From NCBI GenBank assembly GCA_963674745.2, contig CAXXDV010000003.1, positions 2,176,001 through 2,240,000 of the forward strand: DNA of 64,000 nt, written 5' to 3'. Origin of the DNA: Desulfosudaceae bacterium. GTDB lineage: Bacteria; Desulfobacterota; Desulfobacteria; Desulfobacterales; Desulfosudaceae. The position numbers and the translations under genes were made by a program. Within the stretch, counting starts at the first letter, position 1, and each line of letters starts with the position of its first letter. Shown one piece after another: positions 57,886 to 64,000 of the stretch. The notes beneath the pieces are model-generated. The model made no database searches, had not been told where the DNA came from, and saw nothing but the letters and a program-made list of their open reading frames with translations.

Positions 57886-58794
57886 ATGAAATATAAAGTC
57901 GATTTTTTTATAGCTGGATTCAGTTCCAGCGGTTCCACGGCAATAGCCCATTATCTCTCGCTGCATCCGGAAATCTGTTTTTCTATTCCGAAGGAAACAC
58001 ATTTTTTTCTACCACGCACTTCGAATCGGATAAAAAATATTTTAACCTGGCGTCAATATGAAAATTGTTTTTCGCATACCAAAGACAATCAAATCTTAGG
58101 TGAAGCCTCTATTTACTATGTCCATTTTCCCGAATCATTCAATAAAATATTACAACACAACAAAAATGCAAAATTTATCATATTATTAAGGCATCCTATT
58201 GAAAATCTCATTTCCTCCTATGAACAGCTTGTATTTACAGGGAATGAAAATGCGTCATCTTTTGAAGAAGCATGGCAATTACAGGAAAAGCGCTTCCAGA
58301 GCAACAAATTCCCACCGTTCTGCAGGGATCCGATTCAATTAAATTATAGAAAACGAGTCCATCTGGGGCAAGCTGTGGAAGACATGCTTCAAATTGTTCC
58401 TCGGGATCAGGTTTTATTTATTAATTTTGATGAAATCCGGAATAACATAGAAACGGTCTACAATAAGATTCAAAATTTTCTTGGGGTTTCCTTGTTTCGC
58501 TTGAAGGAATACCCTGTTATTAACTCGAGGGCAAAACAAAGGAATGTCATTTCAAAATACACCTATTTGGTATTAAGGCGTAACCGATATTTTATGAGTG
58601 GTGTTTATAAAATTCTAAGGACCTTAAAAAAATTTGATCTGGACATTCCGGAAGTCAATCGAATGTTTAAATCCCGTAATTATGCAAAAGTCACAATTGA
58701 TGAAAAATTAAAGGATTGCATTTTTGATGAATTAAAAAGTGACATAAAACTTTTAGAAAAGTTAAGCGGCATCAGTTTTTCTCAGAGGGATTGA
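57886..58794 (+). CDS. Sulfotransferase-family protein
   Basis: FIAG...SG.TA...YL..HPEI, KETHFF, GEAS..Y, LLRHP..S; likely ATG 57886. Confidence 0.8.
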   Translation: MKYKVDFFIAGFSSSGSTAIAHYLSLHPEICFSIPKETHFFLPRTSNRIKNILTWRQYENCFSHTKDNQILGEASIYYVHFPESFNKILQHNKNAKFIILLRHPIENLISSYEQLVFTGNENASSFEEAWQLQEKRFQSNKFPPFCRDPIQLNYRKRVHLGQAVEDMLQIVPRDQVLFINFDEIRNNIETVYNKIQNFLGVSLFRLKEYPVINSRAKQRNVISKYTYLVLRRNRYFMSGVYKILRTLKKFDLDIPEVNRMFKSRNYAKVTIDEKLKDCIFDELKSDIKLLEKLSGISFSQRD

Positions 58795-58883
58795 TTACGG
58801 TAAAATTTGAAAATCCAGAGATCACCGGCAGTCTTACTGAAACAAACTGAATATCTGAAAAACCACTTCCGATAAAACAATCC

Positions 58884-59819
58884 ATGGCCAAACACGTAAA
58901 CCGCATATTGTTTTCAATCCTGCTCCTCGTATATGTCGGTCTGAAGGTTGACCGACAGACCATGGTTGAGGCTTTTGGGGGAATCAGTATTGGCTGGTAT
59001 CTTTTATCCACGGCCATCACCCTTTCCAGTAGTGTTTTCATGGCCATCAAATATCATCTTCTGATACGCGATACGACGTTGTCTCTTAGCCTGTCCCGTC
59101 TGCTGGTGATTCAGTATATCAGCCGCTTTTATGCCCTGATCCTGCCGACGGCTCTTGGAACGGAAGCGGTTCGCTGGTATAAAATCACCCGGGACAAACA
59201 GGGGAAAAGTTTCTTTCTGGCTGTTACAGCCTATGAACGCATGCTATTTCTTTTAACGTTAGTCTGTTGCGGCATGATCCCGCTGCTGCTAAGCCGGAAC
59301 CACCCGGAAATCAATGATCTGCGTAACCGGCTCTGGCCGATGGCATCTATCTGTGTGGCTGCCTTATTGGCCGGGATACTCTATTTGCTTAACGAAAAAA
59401 CACATACCACGGTTTTTTCTTTTCTAAAAAACCATTTACGGTTAAATAAATACGTCAGACTGAATTTATTACTCAATAATATTGCGCTTAAAGACAGATC
59501 CCCGGCATTACTCGCCCAACTTGTTTTTTATACGCTCTGCTGGCAACTGTTCTTCATCACCCGGATTTATTTTTTGTTCCGATCAATGGCGCTTCCCCTC
59601 GACATCGTTGAAGCTGCCTGGATGGGGTCCCTGGTTATGCTGCTGCAGGTATTACCGGTTTCCTTTGCCGGGCTGGGCATCCGCGAAGGTGCTTACGCCT
59701 ACTTATTTACTCTTTGCGGATTGCCGGCTGAAAAAGGTGTCGTCCTGGGCTTGCTATTTTTCTCTCAGATGCTCATCCTGTCCGGTATCGGTGCCATATT
59801 GAACGTGTTTGAGAAATAG
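58884..59819 (+). CDS. Lysylphosphatidylglycerol-synthase-TM / flippase-like protein
   Basis: ILPTALGTEAVR, ER, LPVSFAGLGIREG. Confidence 0.85.
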   Translation: MAKHVNRILFSILLLVYVGLKVDRQTMVEAFGGISIGWYLLSTAITLSSSVFMAIKYHLLIRDTTLSLSLSRLLVIQYISRFYALILPTALGTEAVRWYKITRDKQGKSFFLAVTAYERMLFLLTLVCCGMIPLLLSRNHPEINDLRNRLWPMASICVAALLAGILYLLNEKTHTTVFSFLKNHLRLNKYVRLNLLLNNIALKDRSPALLAQLVFYTLCWQLFFITRIYFLFRSMALPLDIVEAAWMGSLVMLLQVLPVSFAGLGIREGAYAYLFTLCGLPAEKGVVLGLLFFSQMLILSGIGAILNVFEK

Positions 59820-59900
59820 TAGCCGGCTGCCTGCTTTAAAACTGAGAAACCTGGCTTGCGAAAAAGAATAAGCCACCACCGCCATCCCAAACACATGAAC

Positions 59901-60902
59901 TTACAGGAACGCTTCTTTGCGGGGGAGTTTTATGAAGGGGACAAATATCCCCCCTAACAAAAGGCCCCAATATGAAAACAAAAAACGGTCCAAAAAAACG
60001 GCGGGGAAAGCTATTTCCGGTGAGATACCAATAGCTTGAAGAACAATGATACCACTCAGCTCGGCTACGCCCAGACCACCCAGGCTGACCGGCAAAACAG
60101 TTACCGAATAAATCAGGCTGGGGACTATTAAAATAAGCCAAAAATTGAAAGAAACGCCGAAAGCAAAAAGCACAAGCCACAACCTGAAGCCTTCCAGCAG
60201 AACATCAGATATGATCAATAAGACTAGTAAAAGATATGTTTTTTTGTTTTTGAGAAACAAACGGAAGCTTTCCCTGATTTTATCCGGGAAAGACTTCATT
60301 TCAGGAGAAATCCTTTTTTGAATAAAGCCTTTGAACAATTTATCAAAAATCAAGGCGAATGGTTTCAGGGAAAAGACCGGTATGCGGTCATGAAAAACAA
60401 GCAGCACGAAAATGACTGTATATGCGATATAAACCAAAAGCGCCAAACCAATAACGCCTATATATTCTTTGGGAAGCAATCTATAAAAAAGCATCAAAGC
60501 GCCTACCGACAACACGATACGCCTGACATTTTGCATAATTGTCGATAGAATAACAAGAGCCAAACCTTTGGACAGGGGGATTGCTCCCCGGCTGAAACTG
60601 TAAAAGCCCCAGGGCTCTGCAAGCAGTCCACCCACATTTGCCGGTATAATGTTATTGATATAATTGGCCGTAAAATTTGATTTGAGAATTATCGCAAAAG
60701 ATACTTCTGAAATTATATTCAACAGGTGTTTCCTTAACCACAAAAGCCAGAATAATCCGCCGAAAGAAACTGCCGCCGCAGCCATCAGGAGAACAAACTC
60801 GCATCCTTTAATATTTTCTAAAATCTTATGAAAATCGATGGTGAACAGTGCAATAAATAAAAGGATACCCCCGAGGGTACCCCTGATGATGATATTTTTC
60901 AT
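59901..60902 (-). CDS. Second LPG-synthase-TM / flippase-like protein
   Basis: NNIIPANVGG, LPVSLGGLGVAE, DR. Confidence 0.85.
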   Translation of the reverse strand: MKNIIIRGTLGGILLFIALFTIDFHKILENIKGCEFVLLMAAAAVSFGGLFWLLWLRKHLLNIISEVSFAIILKSNFTANYINNIIPANVGGLLAEPWGFYSFSRGAIPLSKGLALVILSTIMQNVRRIVLSVGALMLFYRLLPKEYIGVIGLALLVYIAYTVIFVLLVFHDRIPVFSLKPFALIFDKLFKGFIQKRISPEMKSFPDKIRESFRLFLKNKKTYLLLVLLIISDVLLEGFRLWLVLFAFGVSFNFWLILIVPSLIYSVTVLPVSLGGLGVAELSGIIVLQAIGISPEIAFPAVFLDRFLFSYWGLLLGGIFVPFIKLPRKEAFL

Positions 60903-61046
60903 CCTGCATTCTCGTTTCGTGCTTATGCCATAGCAGGGGAGGCTGACGCTATGGCCATAGCTTCATTTTTTAACGATTTTATCTTTGGGCATGAATATTG
61001 TTCGGTTCACTCACCGTGTGTGTTCTTACGCGTCTTGAGCTTTTTT

Positions 61047-61532
61047 TCAACCGCCCACAGAACTGACGATCATCTGACGGATTGCATGTATCAACTCATC
61101 CCTGGTTTGCGCCCTTGGTGATGGAACCGGAATCGTTTCTATCTGACGAACAAGATCATCCAGTTCATTAATGTCGTAGACGACTTTTATACCCAGCCGC
61201 TCGCCCCACCCTTTTATATGCTCGAGCTGATGGTCGTTAAGATGCTCTCTGAACTTTTTCATCCTGGGGACGAGTATGCACCGCTTTTGACTTAATATCA
61301 AATCCATTGTTGTGCCGGCGCCGGCATGACTGACCACCAGGTCCGCCTGCTGCATATACGTCAAATATTCTTTCCGGGTTAATATGGGCACATGTTGCGC
61401 GTTCCTCGGCTTATAACCGTTATAACCGGTTTGCATAAAAACCGGGGCCCGATAAGTGGCTGCGATCTCGTCCATTTTTTTGATCAGGCGATCAAAAGGG
61501 ATGGATGAAACACCGGTCGTCACAAAAATCAT
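61047..61532 (-). CDS. Alg13/PssE-like GT28 C-terminal subunit
   Basis: MIFVTTG...PFDRL, QTG, VVSHAGAGT, VPR...EH..DHQ. Confidence 0.9.
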   Translation of the reverse strand: MIFVTTGVSSIPFDRLIKKMDEIAATYRAPVFMQTGYNGYKPRNAQHVPILTRKEYLTYMQQADLVVSHAGAGTTMDLILSQKRCILVPRMKKFREHLNDHQLEHIKGWGERLGIKVVYDINELDDLVRQIETIPVPSPRAQTRDELIHAIRQMIVSSVGG

Positions 61533-62014
61533 ATCACGGCTCCATGATATTCCGCTTTTTTCCCGTAGCAACGCAACAACGCCTTGCTCTGCACAAAAAA
61601 TCGATCAGAAAGATAGTAAAGAACCTTACCGGTTGAAGAGGGGGTGAAAAAGCGGCCGACATTCTCAATATACAATAATTTAACACGAAGCAGTCGTCCC
61701 ACAAGAAAAAAGGGGATGGCCAGATCCCCCCCCCCGGTAGACACCATCAAGGTCGGCTGCTGTTCCTGAACAGTATTGTATGCGATAACAAGACATCGAA
61801 AAAACCAAGTTGTTTTTTTCAGAATCGAATAGTCACTGTTATATCTGGGCAAAAAGTGTACATCAGGAATAATTCGTGTATTGTCAGATTCGTAGGTCAC
61901 AAAAAAATGAGAAAAATCCTGATATGCTTCTCTTAAAAGATTCATCTCCGTCAAATGCCCTCCCGGGGAACAGATTAACCCTACTTTTGGTGTTCTTGCT
62001 AAACGCTTTGCCAT
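61529..62014 (-). CDS. Alg14/PssD-like subunit
   Basis: CSPGGHL.E, FFVT, STGGG, YIE, PSSTG, FFVQ. Confidence 0.9.
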   Translation of the reverse strand: MAKRLARTPKVGLICSPGGHLTEMNLLREAYQDFSHFFVTYESDNTRIIPDVHFLPRYNSDYSILKKTTWFFRCLVIAYNTVQEQQPTLMVSTGGGDLAIPFFLVGRLLRVKLLYIENVGRFFTPSSTGKVLYYLSDRFFVQSKALLRCYGKKAEYHGAVI

Positions 62015-62176
62015 ACTGATTTAAACCCTTAACTCCGTAAATCCATTAAATGTTCGCGAACAGTCCATATTCAAAACATTGAATCAAATTCAAGGTCCGT
62101 CCCATCGCCTGACAGTCGATTAACAGGATTTCATTCCGGGAGTCGCCACAGACACGGCAAAAAGAGGCTCCCATTT

Positions 62177-63154
62177 TCATATCTGCCAGTCAAAAAAAGA
62201 AAGGGTTTCAATCATCGGTTTTCGAATTGCTTGTGCTCTCTTATTTCTGTAAATCCAGTAGGGTATTAAGATAACAAATAATGGGCATGTCATGGCCGCC
62301 ACAAGCATGGCCTTCCGCTTCATTTTCTCAGGCATGGATAAAAAATTAATTTTTTTGAAAATTCCGTAAAAGAGGCGTGGCAGGGCCAGCAGGAAACAGG
62401 TAGATGACAGATTGCCGGCATAAACCGAAATCCGGTTGACGCTTACCCGGACAAATTTTTTTACTTGCTCCCAACCTGTCGTCTGGATCGAACGCTGATT
62501 ATGATAAAGAATTGCCCCGGGTTCAAAAAACAGCCGCCACCCCTTGGCCAGCAATCGCAAGGAAAGATCCAGGTCCTCGCAATAAGCGGTTCCCCCCCAA
62601 AGATCTTCAGTAAACGGATCTTCTTTACTAAGAGCCTCCCGACGCACAAAACAACCGCCACCGCTCAAAAACGTGGTTTCACAAGGATATGGTCTTACCT
62701 CCCGGTAGTATGCAAAACCCGATTTGTTCAACAGGTAAGCATACCCGGAGGATGTTCTTTTCCCTTCAAGAAAGTCACCGACATCCATCACCCTTGGCAT
62801 TATTGTATTGGTATTCAATCCACCCACATGGGAATTTTTGTCAAAAACTGCCAGCCCCACGGCAATAAACCCTTGATCCAGAATCGTATCGGCATTAATA
62901 AAAACAAAGATGTCGCCGGTTGCCCGGCGAACGGCAATATTGTTGCTTCTGGAAAAGCCGACATTCTCTCCCGCAATGACCGTAATCCAGGGATAATGCA
63001 TTTTTACCCAGGCACAGGTGCCGTCATGGGAGCCGTCATCCCGCATAATGACTTCCATTTCATAGTCGCCCAACGTCTGTTGTGCCAGGCTTGGCAGCAG
63101 CAGAGCGAGATCGTTCAGATTGTTATACACCGAAATAATCACGCTGGCCTTCAT
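62177..63154 (-). CDS. Glycosyltransferase family 2
   Basis: SVIISVYN, DDGSHDG, NVGFSRSNN, FINAD, SGG, YCEDLDL. Confidence 0.9.
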   Translation of the reverse strand: MKASVIISVYNNLNDLALLLPSLAQQTLGDYEMEVIMRDDGSHDGTCAWVKMHYPWITVIAGENVGFSRSNNIAVRRATGDIFVFINADTILDQGFIAVGLAVFDKNSHVGGLNTNTIMPRVMDVGDFLEGKRTSSGYAYLLNKSGFAYYREVRPYPCETTFLSGGGCFVRREALSKEDPFTEDLWGGTAYCEDLDLSLRLLAKGWRLFFEPGAILYHNQRSIQTTGWEQVKKFVRVSVNRISVYAGNLSSTCFLLALPRLFYGIFKKINFLSMPEKMKRKAMLVAAMTCPLFVILIPYWIYRNKRAQAIRKPMIETLSFFDWQI

Positions 63155-63156
63155 GT

Positions 63157-63999
63157 CTATCTACACCAGCTTTTAATTACGATTTTGGCAAAGCTCAATC
63201 CGTAACGCCAGTTTCTGCCCTTTTTACTTTTGCCGTATTTTCGTTTCAGGATGGTAATGGGCACCTCTTGAATGCGAAAACCGCCTTTGGCGGCGTTGAT
63301 GATTAACTCACTGGTATGAAACTGATCTTCATCCAGCGGGATCCGCCGCACCACATCCATTTTAAAGGCCCGGAATCCGCTGGAAGGGTCGGTGATGCTC
63401 AAACCGGTCAGCCGGTTAATGACAAAGCTGAAAAAATAGACGCCGGCCAACCTGAAAAGGCTGTCTTTTTCCCGCCCACCGATAATGCGCGATCCGATAA
63501 CAATATCAGACTGATCTTTCAACAGGGGCGATAAAATAAGCGAAAGCTCTTCAGGATTATGCTGACCGTCGGCGTCCATGGTAATACAGATATCAATATC
63601 GGCCTTTTGAAGAATATCATATCCTAATCTCAAAGCGGCTCCGCCTCCGCGGTTAATCAGGCTGCGAACCGCGACAGCCCCGGACGAAATCGCGCAATCA
63701 TAGGTTTCATCATCGCTGCCGTCATCCACCACGACGACGCCCAGGCTTACACCATCAATTTCTTCAGGGATGCGGGGAAGTACCTCACGCAGGTTATCTG
63801 CCTCATTGTAGGCCGGAATAATGACAGCAGCGTCGCAGTCCGCAAGTTCTTGTCGAATCTTCTCAAAATACCCGTCCACAGAAACAGCCCGCACAAACCG
63901 GTCAAATTGGTACTTGTGTTTCAGGAAAGAGGATCGCAAAAGGATAAGCGAAAACCAGACAATCAGAACGGAAAAAATCAGCAGAGCCAAGATTCGGCC
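63157..63999 (-). CDS. GT2 DPM1-like glycosyltransferase with N-terminal TM region (probably DUF2304 fusion); 5' end beyond the window
   Basis: IIPAYNEA, VDDGSDD, NRGGG, MDADGQH, IGSR, DPSSGFRA; frame is open to the window end (GRILALLIF...). Confidence 0.88.
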   Translation of the reverse strand, partial: GRILALLIFSVLIVWFSLILLRSSFLKHKYQFDRFVRAVSVDGYFEKIRQELADCDAAVIIPAYNEADNLREVLPRIPEEIDGVSLGVVVVDDGSDDETYDCAISSGAVAVRSLINRGGGAALRLGYDILQKADIDICITMDADGQHNPEELSLILSPLLKDQSDIVIGSRIIGGREKDSLFRLAGVYFFSFVINRLTGLSITDPSSGFRAFKMDVVRRIPLDEDQFHTSELIINAAKGGFRIQEVPITILKRKYGKSKKGRNWRYGLSFAKIVIKSWCR

Positions 64000-64000
64000 C

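Overview
Bacterial chromosomal segment, moderately GC-rich. Gene content and repeat style suggest a sulfate-reducing Desulfobacterales-like organism (inference). 1-28 kb is mostly housekeeping and regulatory: a multi-domain TIGR04076-like Cys protein, dnaE (split by a 1-nt frameshift in a G-run), guaB, a YrdC/YciO-family gene, sppA-rpsA-cmk-hisC, namZ-rnhA, a complete moxR-DUF58-bat operon, and a histidine kinase / receiver / YfdX module with a near-complete sigma-54 promoter. 28-64 kb is a large surface-glycosylation island running off the window end. Its most striking content is a eukaryote-like protein-glycosylation core: a DPY19 (tryptophan C-mannosyltransferase)-like GT-C enzyme and four TMTC-like GT-C+TPR enzymes clustered around two secreted DUF6160/FilA-like proteins. 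The island also carries lipid-linked sugar donor machinery (UbiA, GT2+DUF2304, two flippase-like proteins, an Alg13/Alg14 pair), an amino-sugar pathway, three cobalamin-dependent radical SAM enzymes, one rSAM-SPASM enzyme, an SGNH protein and a sulfotransferase-like protein. Intergenic DNA carries several repeat families: GTAG-type REP palindromes, 7- and 8-bp microsatellites (two forming inverted arms around a shared ~110-bp core) and MITE-like elements. No rRNA, tRNA or CRISPR array was recognised. All family calls come from motif recognition by eye, not database searches.
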